DNA of 63,366 nucleotides, counting the filler, from Octopus bimaculoides (Eukaryota), in assembly GCF_001194135.2 (NCBI RefSeq). It is 6 parts of 4 records of this genome, joined end to end, with 100 filler letters (N's around TTAATTAATTAA, not from the genome) between each part and the next. Parts side by side here need not be neighbours in the genome. Positions count along the whole stretch, not along the records: positions 12,288 to 28,714 come from NC_068993.1; positions 28,815 to 42,989 come from NC_069000.1; 4 more parts are not named here. The stretch is one strand, 5' to 3'. Shown in pieces: positions 26,171 through 39,485 of the stretch. Position numbers and translations under genes: made by a program. The notes beneath the pieces are model-generated. The model made no database searches and was not told where the DNA came from. It saw nothing but the letters and a program-made list of their open reading frames with translations. How positions within the stretch are numbered: position 1 is the stretch's first letter; every line of letters starts with the position of its first letter.

Positions 26171-26603
26171 TTATAATTAAAGCAACATGATATGTAAGCA
26201 CTCTTCCTGGATTAAAGTTTACTTGAATTTGGGTTCTTTAGAAAAAGAATGTCGGTGATTACAATATTTGACACAATAAATGAATCTGTTATTTAAAGGA
26301 TGAACGGTTGCAAAAAATGCTGACAAAAAGAACACAGTCATCTTTTCTTTAAAGCTCTTTTCTTTTTGTGCTTGCCATCAAGTAGTTGGCCGTTCCGAAG
26401 CTTTAAATCTCCTACCAGAAAGANNNNNNNNNNNNNNNNNNNNNNNNNNNNNNNNNNNNNNNNNNNNNNNNNNNNNNNNNNNNNNNNNNNNNNNNNNNNN
26501 NNNNNNNNNNNNNNNNNNNNNNNNNNNNNNNNNNNNNNNNNNNNNNNNNNNNNNNNNNNNNNNNNNNNNNNNNNNNNNNNNNNNNNNNNNNNNNNNNNNN
26601 NNN

Positions 26604-27273
26604 CTTAATGTGTATTTTTTCATTCATTTAATAATTGAACGCCACGCAGCCTTTGTCAACAGTAAGAATTTACATTTATCTATAATTTCTGCGACTCTAC
26701 ATTCTGTTCCCGGCCTATTTTCTTTTCTTTCTCTCTATCTCTCTATCACCTCCTATATTTCTTTTTCTCCTCCTTCTTTGCTGTCCCGTCTGTCTTTCTT
26801 TCACTCTCTACTATCTTTGTTTCCTTCTCCCTTCTCCTCACTTCCTTTTGATCTTTCCATCATTCTCTCTCTTGTCCCCCTTCCCCTCTACCTGTTGCTC
26901 ACACGTGACTACAGGCTATTTTCTTGTCCCCCTGTCGTTTCTGGATTGGACGGCCAGCTAGCCGGATGTCATATCTCTCGCCTCTCGATATTTTTTCTTC
27001 TCTACTATTTCTTCTATATCCTTTTAAAACGGCCCTTAATGTCTATCTTCGTCGATTGTTTACTTCCATACGTCCACTCTGGTATCGTTTGTTCGTTCGA
27101 AGCCCTAACTATCCACACATTTTATATTTAAAAAATTTCTGGATGCTGCTGTCTTATGAAGTTTTCTTGTCTTGTCGTTAAAAGTACGAAACAGGGAGTA
27201 ATATCACAGTCGACAACTGAGGAGGGGTTAGACTTCTTTTTTTGTATTTTGTCCCGTACTTATCTCTCGTTGT

Positions 27274-27276
<3 letters not shown>
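26604..27276 (+). mobile_element. PLE-type terminal-repeat element ending at (TA)n, with degraded hammerhead motif
   Basis: Pyrimidine-rich body; CTTATGAAG...AAAAGTACGAAAC motif at 27148-27210. Confidence 0.4.
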
Positions 27277-27309
<33 letters not shown>

Positions 27310-27719
27310 AAAGAAGAGCGAAAATGCTACTTTTTAAAAATTAAGTGCATTTATTTTTCGTTATATAAATACATAAAAAATATTTTTGTTTTACATGTTT
27401 CAGTTGTTTATAAACCTTATCAAAAATATATACTTAAATGAAATACGTAGAGAAAAAAGATTATTAATAAAATAAACATTCATAATGTACTTTTCTTTTT
27501 CCCGTAAGAGCACGCAGTAATTTCCATTAATTTTTGTAGCATTGCTAGTAGTAATTTCAGCTGTTGTCTGTGATGGCAAATTAAGTGGTGTGGTCAAAAT
27601 TATTTTCAAAAGGAGTGGCCGTAGTAGTCAAATAAGTAGCATCTTGTTTTCCTTATCACTCTTTAAATCATAAGAACGTTTTGCAGACTTTCATAGTTCC
27701 AGAATCTAGTGATCATTTG

Positions 27720-28677
27720 TAGTGTTTGAATTAAGGCTTTATTTTCTCTCCCCAAGAACCCAAGTTCAGCCATACTTTCCTCCTGTTGCTCCAATAAAAA
27801 TCGGCACGAAGCTGAAAGTGTATCTCCTTTTCTTGCATATTTCTAACCTTATTGGTGCTCAGAGAGCTGCTGATTTCCACAACAGAGCATATGTTTTCCT
27901 TGTGACCTTACACAACAATATCTGGCTGGGTATTTCTTTAATTTGGTGGTTGTTTTAGTTTTTTTAGCTCTGCCAATATTCTTTTGATCCAACGGTTTGT
28001 GGGTGTTTTTGTTTTTTGTTATCCTGTTCCTGGCTGCTCTGGCCAGCACGTCATACCTCCTGAGAAGGTAATATCTGAAAGACATTCTCTCGCAGTTGAT
28101 AATAATGTAGTTGATGTCTTAAGTCTTGGTTTTGCACAACCTACATCAGTTGTCTGTCAATGTTTCCTGCCTTTTGTATTGTGGGTACTTGGTGGGGATT
28201 TCTTATTCTTGAATTACATGGAGCTAGCCTTCGAATTGGATGTCATGAATTTGTCGGTACGCCATGCCAAGCTTTTGATATGATCACTTCCTTCTATGGT
28301 TCAAGTACCTTCAAGCTAAGTACCCATGCACTATCTTCGACATTTTTGGTCTTTTGGTAAATAAATTTTACCAGTGCTTCTTGGGGAGAGGTCTCTATCA
28401 GCTCTTATTCCATGCCTCTCCTCGAGTTCATTAACTCTTCTAATTATGTTGTTGATTTCATGGTCACAAACTTCGGCAAAATAGTTTCTGCTCTCTTTTT
28501 CTCTGTTGCAGATGTTGATTCAGCGTCACAATACGTGCTTCATATGACATCAATATTGATCTGAGACCACGACCACCATCCTTGCGTGGGAAGTCTACAT
28601 CTCCATTGATCTATCTCATTGATTTCTTTTAGTTACCAGTTCAGAAGGCCAAACGTAGGCGTGAGGACAGGCACTGC
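27720..28677 (-). mobile_element. decayed R4/Dong-like LINE RT C-terminal region
   Basis: FAVPVLTPTFGLLNW...DFPRKDGGRGL. Confidence 0.8.
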
Positions 28678-29399
28678 AAAAGTGTCGTATATATATATAT
28701 ATATATATATATATNNNNNNNNNNNNNNNNNNNNNNNNNNNNNNNNNNNNNNNNNNNNTTAATTAATTAANNNNNNNNNNNNNNNNNNNNNNNNNNNNNN
28801 NNNNNNNNNNNNNNTATATATGCATGTATGTATGTCATTGTTCAGTTTTATTTCAAGATTTCTCGCCAATAGAGAAAGACCCGGTTTCTAACCTAGATTC
28901 AAGGCTCCTTCATTGGAATTTCAACATCAACAACAAAGTATTTTTGTATGCATGTATATGTGCAGATTTATATGTATGTATGTAAGTATGTATGTATGTA
29001 TGTATGTATGCATGTATGTATGTATGTATGTATGTATGTATGTATGCATGCATGTGTGTATGTGAGTGTGTGTATTGAAAGTTGTATGGGTGTGCACTTA
29101 TAATGATAGCTGCACAGGAAAACAGAAAAGAAACGAATAACTTATAACGAATGTATACCTAGGGAATATTTTTACAAGTTGTCATTGAAAAAAAAAAAGA
29201 AAAAAAAAAAGAAAAGAAATCATTCCATGCTTGAACATATCAAGCAGATTAAGATATGTATCCGAACTGCAAAGAAAGAAATATATCTTTGCTTGACAGG
29301 AACAGTCTTAAGACCGAAACAAAAGAAAAAAGAAAAGAAAAGATCGTTATTTTAACTGCTTTAAAATCTCTAAATCTCAATAGAAAAAATAAGACGGAG

Positions 29400-29720
29400 A
29401 TATTAGGTTTGTTAAGAGAGACTAGGAAACGAGGATACAAGATGAAAAAAGGAAACAAAACAAAAATAATTTGCTCAAGCATTCTTAAAACAATATTAAG
29501 TTACAAATTCAGTCGATATACAGATATACAGATTCATTGATTTAATCAGACGATATTACACTGGAAATATATATCATTCGCGACGGTGGTAGGGTCATAT
29601 ATGGAGAATGGGAGAGGGCTTACAATTGAAGAGAGCCAAAGACATTGAAGATTCTGGAAAATGTGGGTCGACTGAGGCTTCAGCGGAAAATTAAGGGAAT
29701 ACAAAAGGGCTCATGTGGCC
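29400..29720 (+). mobile_element. possible decayed RTE-like LINE 3' fragment
   Basis: RRW*GHIWRMGE resembles RLRWxGHVxRM. Confidence 0.35.
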
Positions 29721-29823
29721 CTAGTAACTGAATTGATGATATACCAAAATGGTGTTTTACGCTGAAGCCATCATTAAGATATGGTCGACAGGTTGGGAAC
29801 GTTTGGTATTGGCTGAAAATTGA

Positions 29824-30070
29824 TTTCAAATTTTAATATAAGGCCAGTAAGTTCGGAGGAGCGGGGGAGCAAGTCAATTTCATCGACCCTAGTGTTCAAT
29901 AGATACTCATTTTATAGACCCCAAAAGGATGAAAAGCAAATTGACCTCGATTGAATTTGAACTCAGAACGTAACGACGGAGCAAATGCTACACGGCATTT
30001 TGCCCAACGTCCTAACGTTTCTGCCAGCTCGCCGCCAAACATCCTAACGATTCTGTCAGGTCACCGCCTT
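29824..30070 (-). mobile_element. Meta/MESC-domain SINE (type B) with duplicated head
   Basis: GACCCCAAAAGGATGAAAAGCAAATTGACCTCG...GAATTTGAACTCAGAACG. Confidence 0.8.
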
Positions 30071-30215
30071 ATGTTGGCTGAAAACTGAAAACACCATGTT
30101 AAGTTTTTGTTGGGGATTCAACAAATATTCTACCTAATTAACAGTGGAAAAATATTTATTTGTATGTGAACAAGGAAAACGTATGTCTTAGAATATGAAA
30201 CATAAATATATGCAA

Positions 30216-30608
30216 GTGTGGGTATGTGTTAAAAAGTTTCCTTTCCAACCACATGATTTCGGGTTCAGTCCCACTGCGTGGCACCTTGGACAAATGTCTT
30301 CGACTATAGCCCCGGGCCGACCAAAGCCTTGTGAGTGGATTTGGTATACGGAAACTGAAAGAAGCCTGTCATGTGTGTGTGCGTGTGCGTATACATATAT
30401 ATATATATATTTAGGTATATATGTGTGTGTGTGTTTGTCCCCCACTCACTGCTTGACAGCCAGTGTTGGTCTATTTATAGATAGAATAAGAATAAGTAAT
30501 ACCGATAGAATAAGTAATAGGCTTAAAAATGTACTGCGGTCGATTCATTCGTCTAAAATTCTTCAAGATGGTACCCAGCATGGCTGCAGTTTAACGACTG
30601 AAAAATGT
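30216..30608 (+). mobile_element. SINE type A, near full length
   Basis: Head, internal (TA)/(TG) tract, tail CCCAGCATGGCTGCAG. Confidence 0.85.
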
Positions 30609-31379
30609 AAACGCATATATATATATATATGTATATAAAAATTCAAAATTCAAAATTCAAAATATATATAAACATATATATATAAAGATGTAACAATGTA
30701 TACAAAAATTTGTAAAGATGAAATATAAAATATATGTACACGTTTAAAATTATATATAATGATATGAAATTATGAAATTATTAAAATATAAACAAAATCT
30801 AAATTTAAAGATACAACTTAGAATATAACTCCTGTGGTAATATGTCAGAGCATTAAGACAAAGGAATATCTAAAAAGACTCGAGGTCAAGAAAAACAACA
30901 AAACAATGCACAAGAGTATAGGAAGAGTACAATGAAAATAAAAGTACAAAATATGTAATCTCGCTGTTATGATGAAGAGAGAAATAATTGTTTTGGACAA
31001 TGTACACCGCATGTCTACTGTTTCTTGATTGCATCGCAAACAAATTATTCTTTGTTTTAATATTCTACACATCCGGGATTAATAATCGCGTTACCTTTCA
31101 GTAACAATACTGCCGTGCCTCTTGACATGTCACAACAGTGATAAACGCTTCTGTCTTGATACACTTACCGCTTACATCAAACTACGACATGCTTCAGGAT
31201 GTCACAGTGGAAGAGAGGTTATGTCACCCGGTTAGTATGGTGACCAAGATAAAAAAAAAGACAGAAGAGCAACGAAAGTTATGAGAGTGAAAGAAGACTC
31301 AGCTCAAATGCGGAAGAATTGACTGTGGGAGTGAAACAAAGAGCGCAAATCAACCAAAAGAGAATCAAAGACACATCAT

Positions 31380-31994
31380 TGTTGTTGTTGGCACTCCGTC
31401 GCTTACGACGACGAGGGTTCCAGTAGATCCGATCAACGGAACAGCCTGCTCGTGAAATTAACGTGCAAGTGGCTGAGCACTCCACAGACACGTGTACCCT
31501 TAACGTAGTTCTCGGGGATATTCAGCGTGACACAGAGTGTGACAAGGCTGGCCCTTTGAATTACAGGCACAACAGAAACAGGAAGTAAGAGAGAGAGAAA
31601 GTTGTGGTGAAAGAGTACAGAAGGGTTCGCCACCATCCCCTGCTGGAGCCACGTGGAGCTTTTAGGTGTTTTCGCTCAATAAACACNNNNNNNNNNCTGA
31701 GCACTCCACAGACACGTGTACCCTTAACGTAGTTCTCGGGGATATTCAGCGTGACACAGAGTGTGACAAGGCTGGCCCTTTGAATTACAGGCACAACAGA
31801 AACAGGAAGTAAGAGAGAGAGAAAGTTGTGGTGAAAGAGTACAGAAGGGTTCGCCACCATCCCCTGCTGGAGCCACGTGGAGCTTTTAGGTGTTTTCGCT
31901 CAATAAACACTCACAACGCCCAGTCTGGGAATCGAAACCGCGATCCTATGACCGCGAGTCCACTGCTCTAACCATTGGGCCATTGCGCCTTCAC
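31380..31994 (-). mobile_element. tRNA-Arg-like SINE type C; internal duplication is an assembly artefact
   Basis: Head GGCGCAATGGCCCAATGGTTAGAGCAGTGGACTCGCGG...TTCGATTCCC (TCG anticodon-like); (AAC)n tail. Confidence 0.9.
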
Positions 31995-32522
31995 AGATAA
32001 ATCACTACAGTAACAAAAGTAAGGCATCAAATTAAACGTATGGAGAAGGTTTTCGTGGCACTAAACAAACACGAAGGCAAGCATTACTCTGGCAATTTTG
32101 CACCAACATCTATTCAACTTACGTTACCCTATACTTAAAAACACTATGGCGTTTCAGATCACGTCTCTTAGGAGGGGCCGTTATAATGACCGCTTTGTAA
32201 GTAAACGATGAATTAAATATACCCTATTCTCTTTCTAAAGTTGGCTCTATAATTGTGGAGTACAAGGATTACGTGATAGGAATTTACACGCACGCATACG
32301 TATAAATAAGCATGCATTTAGAGATTAAATAGAAATTTCCATATTCACATAGATATGTATACAAACACACACACACACACACGGATATATACGAACGAAT
32401 GTTTTGGTTAACTTCTTACAAACAGGAGAAATAGATATTTTATGTTGTTTCATTTAAGGCCGAGAATCTACATCAGTAATTCAAGGGCCTAGAGTTTTGT
32501 GTCAAGGTACTTATTAAATGAA

Positions 32523-32575
<53 letters not shown>

Positions 32576-32587
32576 CCTAGCTGTCTA

Positions 32588-32662
<75 letters not shown>

Positions 32663-32663
<1 letters not shown>

Positions 32664-33296
32664 GTGGCTATGGCGAAAGAATGTGTATGGTGGACGCGTC
32701 TGAAAGGTCTAGAGACAAAGACTTTCCTCTCTGGGCAATCTCTCATCAACTTCTTCAAGTATCACCTGAAGAGGAAGGTGAGAGTAGAAAGGGAAGTCTT
32801 GTCTAGTGAATGCTTCAAAAAAAGATGGGTGAATGTAGCAAGGATGGCACGTGTGAACGACGGAGCCATCTTGAGCATAACCCNNNNNNNNNNNNNNNNN
32901 NNNNNNNNNNNNNNNNNNNNNNNNNNNNNNNNNNNNNNNNNNNNNNNNNNNNNNNNNNNNNNNNNNNNNNNNNNNNNNNNNNNNNNNNNNNNNNNNNNNN
33001 NNNNNNNNNNNNNNNNNNNNNNNNNNNNNNNNNNNNNNNNNNNNNNNNNNNNNNNNNNNNNNNNNNNNNNNNNNNNNNNNNNNNNNNNNNNNNNNNNNNN
33101 NNNNNNNNNNNNNNNNNNNNNNNNNNNNNNNNNNNNNNNNNNNNNNNNNNNNNNNNNNNNNNNNNNNNNNNNNNNNNNNNNNNNNNNNNNNNNNNNNNNN
33201 NNNNNNNNNNNNNNNNNNNNNNNNNNNNNNNNNNNNNNNNNNNNNNNNTTGTATTTGTCCCATCTTCGTTGAGCCCTGTGTGGCTAATAAAAGAAA
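32663..33296 (+). mobile_element. Tx1/L1-like LINE 3' end inserted in (TATC)n
   Basis: AKECVWWTRLKGL...INFFKYHLKRKVRVERE...KRWVNV; 3' end GCCCTGTGTGGCTAATAAAAGAAA; (TATC)n on both sides. Confidence 0.65.
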
Positions 33297-33304
33297 TGTA
33301 TCTT

Positions 33305-33342
<38 letters not shown>

Positions 33343-33348
33343 CAAGCA

Positions 33349-33401
<53 letters not shown>

Positions 33402-33696
33402 GTCTGTCTGTCTGCCTGTCTGTCTGTCTGTCTGTCTGAATGCCTTCCTGCCTGCCTGTCTGTCTGTCTATCTCTGTGTCTGTCTGTCTGTCTGTCTGAA
33501 TGCCTGCCTGTTTGTCTGTCTGTTTAACAGTTTGTATTTCACTTTTTGCTCCTCTCTCTCCTATCCACTTTCGCTCTCTCAATATATATGTGTATGTGTG
33601 CGTTCACACACACACACATGCCACACACACATGCCACACACACATGCCACACACACATGCCACACACACACACACACACACACACTCATATATTTA

Positions 33697-34170
33697 GGCA
33701 TAGGCGTGGCTGTGTGGTAGGAAGCNNNNNNNNNNCTCATATATTTAGGCATAGGCGTGGCTGTGTGGTAGGAAGCTTGCTTCCCAACCACATGGTTCCA
33801 GGCTCAGTCCCATTGCGTGACGCTTTTCGCAAGTACGTCTAATATAACCGCGGCCGACCAAAGACTTGCGAGTGAATATAACGGGCAGAAACTGAAAAAA
33901 GCTTAGTACTTATTTTATCGGCCTCTTTAACTGAGCTAAGTTACGAGACCGTAAACACATCAGCATCGATTATTAAGCCGTGATGGGGAGACAAGCACAA
34001 ACACAAAGACACACACACACACACACACATACGACGGGCTTCTTTCAGTTTCCGTCTACCAAATTCAAATCCACTCACAAGGCTTTGGTCAGCGCGAGGC
34101 TATAGTAGAAGACACTTTTGTCCAAGATGCCGTGCAAGGGGACTGAACCCGGGACCATGTGGTTGGGAAG
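33697..34170. mobile_element. SINE type A head (+) abutting a second type A copy (-)
   Basis: GGCGTGGCTGTGTGGTAGGAAGC (+); CCATGTGGTTGGGAAGC (-). Confidence 0.8.
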
Positions 34171-34400
34171 CAACGCCTGCTCTTGAAAGTAATAAAAATT
34201 ATAATCTCTCAGTAAACGTTATACTTTTCTGTCATTTATTCTAAATATATGTTACTCATAAGATCATTTTAGCCCATTATGTGTATGTATTCAAGATTTA
34301 ACCACCTATTACTTTAGATATATGTGTTTTATGTGTCATACCTTTCTATACATTATATACAGAAATATATGTATGCATTTAATAGATATATATATATATA

Positions 34401-34669
34401 CATGGTTCCGGGTTCAGTCCCACTGCGCGGCATCTCGGGCACGTGTCTTCTACTATAGCCTCAGGCCGACCAAAGCCTTGTGAGTGGATTTGGTAGACGG
34501 AAACTGAAAGAAGCCCGTCGTATATATGTATATATATATATATGTATGTGTGTATGTGTTTGTGTGTCTGTGTTTGTCACCCCAACATCGCTTGACAGCC
34601 GATGCTGGTGTGTTTACGTCCCCGTAACTTAACGGTTCGGCAAAAGAGACCGTTAGAATAAGTACTAGG
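34401..34669 (+). mobile_element. SINE type A running into gap
   Basis: High identity to other type A copies. Confidence 0.9.
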
Positions 34670-35235
34670 NNNNNNNNNNNNNNNNNNNNNNNNNNNNNNN
34701 NNNNNNNNNNNNNNNNNNNNNNNNNNNNNNNNNNNNNNNNNNNNNNNNNNNNNNNNNNNNNNNNNNNNNNNNNNNNNNNNNNNNNNNNNNNNNNNNNNNN
34801 NNNNNNNNNNNNNNNNNNNNNNNNNNNNNNNNNNNNNNNNNNNNNNNNNNNNNNNNNNNNNNNNNNNNNNNNNNNNNNNNNNNNNNNNNNNNNNNNNNNN
34901 NNNNNNNNNNNNNNNNNNNNNNNNNNNNNNNNNNNNNNNNNNNNNNNNNNNNNNNNNNNNNNNNAACATTAACACACACAAACACATTATATAGAGAGTT
35001 GTCAGAAAAATTTATTGATTTTTTTCACCAATTTATTTTAAACCTTTCCAATGTCATTTGAATTAACAAGTAAAATATTTTTTATCTAATGTTTTATATT
35101 TCTTTTGTTGTAGCTCCAGTCTTGCTCTACAACATTTATTTATCGTTTTGGAAATTGAAATAAATTTTAGCTCGAAGTGCCAAGTAAAAAACAACAAACA
35201 AATTTATCTAAAAATTATATATATATATATGCGTC

Positions 35236-35266
<31 letters not shown>

Positions 35267-35394
35267 GTGTGTGTGTGTGTGCGTGCGTGCGTATATATAT
35301 ATGTGTATATAAATGTGTGTATATATATATATGTATGTTTATAAATGTATATATATATGTGTGTGTGTATAAATATAAGCCTCAGAAAGAAGAT

Positions 35395-35560
35395 CATCTC
35401 GTTGCAACAGCTCAGCTGCTGGGAAAGGCTGAAACAGCTAAGACTCTACTCCCTGGAGCGAAGGCAGGAGAGGCAGTAATATATATTTGGAGGTTCCTGG
35501 AAGGAGTTGTACCAAATATTGGCATTGAAAGCTACACCAGCGAATGTGACATCAAAATCA
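35395..35560 (+). mobile_element. CR1/L2-like LINE 3' fragment
   Basis: LSCWERLKQLRLYSLERRQER; YIWRFLEGVVPNIGI. Confidence 0.75.
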
Positions 35561-36188
35561 CGCGTAAACGGCTCCTTTCCACAGAAAAGGAAAGATTTGG
35601 CTGCTATTTCTTGCACGCTCTGCTACCATGTAACAGGTATTTCGTATCCTTTATCGCAAATAGCTGTTATGTGGTAGCAGAACGTGCTAGAAAAAGCAGC
35701 CAAATCTTTGGAAGTGAGATACTTTGAATGCACTCGAGAAAAAACTTATGGAAAAAAAAACTGTTTCACACCGAGGTTACGAACGTGTCTTTTATGAAAT
35801 ATTTACCGTATTTTAAAAGTCATTTTTAAATGTAGCAAGGNNNNNNNNNNNNNNNNNNNNNNNNNNNNNNNNNNNNNNNNNNNNNNNNNNNNNNNNNNNN
35901 NNNNNNNNNNNNNNNNNNNNNNNNNNNNNNNNNNNNNNNNNNNNNNNNNNNNNNNNNNNNNNNNNNNNNNNNNNNNNNNNNNNNNNNNNNNNNNNNNNNN
36001 NNNNNNNNNNNNNNNNNNNNNNNNNNNNNNNNNNNNNNNNNNNNNNNNNNNNNNNNNNNNNNNNNNNNNNNNNNNNNNNNNNNNNNNNNNNNNNNNNNNN
36101 NNNNNNNNNNNNNNNNNNNNNNNNNNNNNNNNNNNNNNNNNNNNNNNNNNNNNNNNNNNNNNNNNNNNNNNNNNNNNNNNNNNNNNNN

Positions 36189-36367
36189 TTACACTATGAC
36201 ATTCCTGTGATACACAATCCCTATTGATCGGCCTTTTTCCTTTTTAACGATCCCTTTTAATTGAATTTCTACCCCCTCTTTTTTTATTTTCTTCTCTACC
36301 CAAAAAGAAAAGCTCTACTTTGTATTTCGTCCCCTCTGTGTTCAGCCCTGTGTGGCCAATAAAGAAA
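36189..36367 (+). mobile_element. Tx1/L1-like 3' UTR, same family as 32663
   Basis: TTGTATTT(C)GTCCC...GCCCTGTGTGGCCAATAAAGAAA followed by (TATC)n. Confidence 0.7.
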
Positions 36368-36376
36368 CATTATCTG

Positions 36377-36447
<71 letters not shown>

Positions 36448-36649
36448 GTCTATCTGTGTGTGGCTTTGTGTTAACAAGTGTTGGTGTGTTTACGTCTCCA
36501 TAACTTAACAGTTTGGCAAAGAGACCGATAAAATAAGCACCAGGCTTTAAAAAATATGGGGTCGATTCATTTGACTAAAAATTCTTGAAGGCGGTGTCCT
36601 GGCGTGTCTGCAGTCTCATGATTGGATCAAGTGAAAGATATCTATAGGC

Positions 36650-36848
36650 GGGATGCGAGCATTTCGAAATACCTGACGAAGTGACGACCGTTCTCTGCAT
36701 AGTTACGGGCTGCCCTTTGGCAAGGTACAGCACCTGTTCAGCCACCCTGCCAGGGATACGACGAAGTCTATACCAAGGAGCTTTACTCTGCATGCTTTAG
36801 CCTCGTTACTATAGCAACAGTCCGGATACTTATTGATCAGACCACGTA
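36650..36848 (-). mobile_element. mariner-type 5' terminal fragment
   Basis: Minus strand begins TACGTGGTCTGATCAATAAGTATCCGGAC, a mariner-TIR-like sequence. Confidence 0.5.
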
Positions 36849-37614
36849 CACACACATACATATGGATACACGTATATATATGTATGCAGATATATGTGTA
36901 CAAATCTATGTGTGTGTGTGTGTGTGTGTGTGCGTGCGTGCAATGTACGCAAACTGTTTTTTCATGTTTGTGTTGTTTACCTACTCATTTGTATTCCGAT
37001 ACCTTTTTAGGTTCTCGTCATAGTTCTGTCTGTTTGTCTGACAGTCTGTGTTTGATTTCTTCCTTTCCTTCCTTTTTCCTTTCCTTTCCTTCCCTTCCTT
37101 CCTTCCTTCCTTCCTTCCTTCCTTCCTTTGTTTCCTTTATGAGTTCGATCGTCCATCCAACTTTTCCTCCGTTGCCGTTATCATTTTTTTTTTTTTTTTT
37201 TTGCTTTCTTAGGAATTACATCCAACTAAGCTGGCTTAACTTCTTGATTCCATAATATTTGGCTCTTCTCAGCTTTGGAATTTACCCTCCTTCGCAGAAT
37301 TTTTTCCAGAATTTTCTCCCCCCCCCCCCCAGATATATTCTTTATTTGCACTTAATTGCTTTCGTTCTTAATCACTGTCAACTATGACGTGTGTATAGCG
37401 TATGTGTGCGTTTGCGTTGGTGGTGTGTTTATGGATTTTGATAAAGCAATAGAGAGACAGTTACTGCGTTCTGTCTCAATATTTTATTGTACTACGGAAC
37501 AGATCTATACTTAACTATGGTATATTTATTGATATATACCTATACTTTATTATAGTATATCTATTGATATACCTATACGTTACTATATTATATCTATTGA
37601 TATATGTATACTTT

Positions 37615-37988
37615 TGTTGTTGGCACTCCGTCGCTTACGACGTCGAGGGTTCCAGTTGATCCGATCAACGGAACAGCCTGCTCGTGAAATTAATGTGCAA
37701 GTGACTGAGCACTCCACAGACACGTGTACCCTTAACGTAGTTCTCAGGGATATTCAGCGTGACACAGTGTGACAAGGCTGACCCTTTGAATTACAGGCAC
37801 AACAGAAACAGGAAGTAAGAGTGAGAGAAAGTTGTGGTGAAAGAGTACAGCAGGGTTCGCCACCATCCCCTGCTGGAGCCTCGTGGAGCTTTAAGTGGTT
37901 TCGCTCACAACGCCCAGTCTGGGAATCGAAGCCGCGATCCTATGACCGCGAGTCCGCTGCCCTAACCACTGGGCCATTGCGCCTCCAC
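37615..37988 (-). mobile_element. full-length SINE type C with 11-bp target-site duplication
   Basis: TSD ATGTATACTTT at 37604-37614 and 37989-37999; inserted into an AT-rich minisatellite. Confidence 0.92.
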
Positions 37989-38665
37989 ATGTATACTTTA
38001 TATTATATCTATTGATATACCTAATCTTAACTATGGTTTATCTGTTGGCAAAATTTGATGCAGATTCTCTGCTTAGTTTTCTCTGTCATGGTCAATGCGA
38101 CGATCACACGCTACACACCTTCCTTCCAAGCACTGTTGTAAACAGCGGAAGTGAGCTAGAATGTTAAAACTTAGTGCGCATGCACAACAGAGTTCATAAT
38201 TAAATATAGATATATCACTAGATATATCATAATTAAGTATAGTTATACCATAATTAAATATTGATATATCACCAGATATAACAAAAGAAGAGATTCGTGG
38301 TAGCACAAAGGACTTGAAAGTACAGAGGAACCTATGGAAATCTACCCGCCTCTGTTGTTTTACTTTAACATAATACCCGAACATCACCAGAAATCTCCCC
38401 ACATGCACTCACATGTACCTAAGCATACACACAAGTATATATACACACGTATACATACTCAAACTCATTCTTTTCCTTTCCCTTCTTTTCTCTTTGTCTG
38501 TGTGCCATTCTCTTTCATTCTCTTTCATTCACTTTCTTTCTTTCTTTCTTTCTTTCTTTCATATACACACATATATATACATCAATGTTTGTTATAATAT
38601 CTTATTTAAAACTGAAGCATTATTACGCACTTCTGTATCTCTGTTTCAGTTGATGTGCTGATGTG

Positions 38666-39133
38666 TACTCTTTACTCTTTTACTCTTTTACTCGTTTCAG
38701 TCATTTGACTGCGGCCATGCTGGAGCACCGCCTTTAGTCGAGCAAATCGACCCCAGGACTTNNNNNNNNNNACCGCCTTTAGTCGAGCAAATCGACCCCA
38801 GGACTTATTCTTTGTAAGCCTAGTACTTATTCTATCGGTCTCTTTTGCCGAACTGCTAAGTTACGACGATGTAAACACACCAGCATCGGTTGTCAAGCGA
38901 TGATGGGGGTGGGGGGAGGACAAACACAAACATAAAAACATATACACACACATACATATGTACATATACATATATACGACGGGCTTCTTTCAGTTTCCGT
39001 CTACCAAATCCACTCACAAGGCTTTGGTCGGCCCGAGGCTATAGAGAAGACACTCGCCCAAGATGCCACGCAGTGGGACTGAACCCGGCACCATGTGGCT
39101 GGTAAGCAAGCTACTTATCACACAGCCACTCCT
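38666..39133 (-). mobile_element. full-length SINE type A
   Basis: Head, internal (CA)/(TA) tract, tail with (AGAGTAAA)n-like end. Confidence 0.9.
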
Positions 39134-39315
39134 GTGTGTGTATAAATGAATTCCCGTTTATTGATGTGTGTCCGCACGTATGTGTTTATGCGTGGGTTCG
39201 ACTGAATATATTTTTTGTTAATTAGCCAGGTTTGTTATTAGCTGCATAAAATTAGCCAGGTGTTAAAAAGAATATTTAAAATCAAAGCGTCATTCAGAGC
39301 AGTTTAATCCCATTA

Positions 39316-39323
39316 TGACGTCA
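39316..39323. promoter_or_regulatory. palindromic CRE upstream of candidate first exon
   Basis: TGACGTCA about 165 bp upstream of ATG 39486. Confidence 0.35.
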
Positions 39324-39485
39324 CAGTTGCAAATTTGTGAAAAAGCAAAACGTTACAGAATTGCTTAACTATTCACCCACGATATTTGCTAGTGTTTGGA
39401 AGCCAACTTCTTGCAGTTTGCTTTTTAATACATTGTTTGCGTTAATATATTTACTAATCCTCGTCTTTCACTTCTTGTTTCATAA

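Noticed and set aside
31476-31908. Exact duplications across short N gaps (also 33686-33775, 38728-38805, 46597-46850)
   Set aside because: Unmerged overlapping contig ends; assembly artefacts
31920-31994. tRNA-Arg-like sequence (also 37920-37988)
   Set aside because: It is the head of a repeated SINE and lacks a proper acceptor stem; not a tRNA gene
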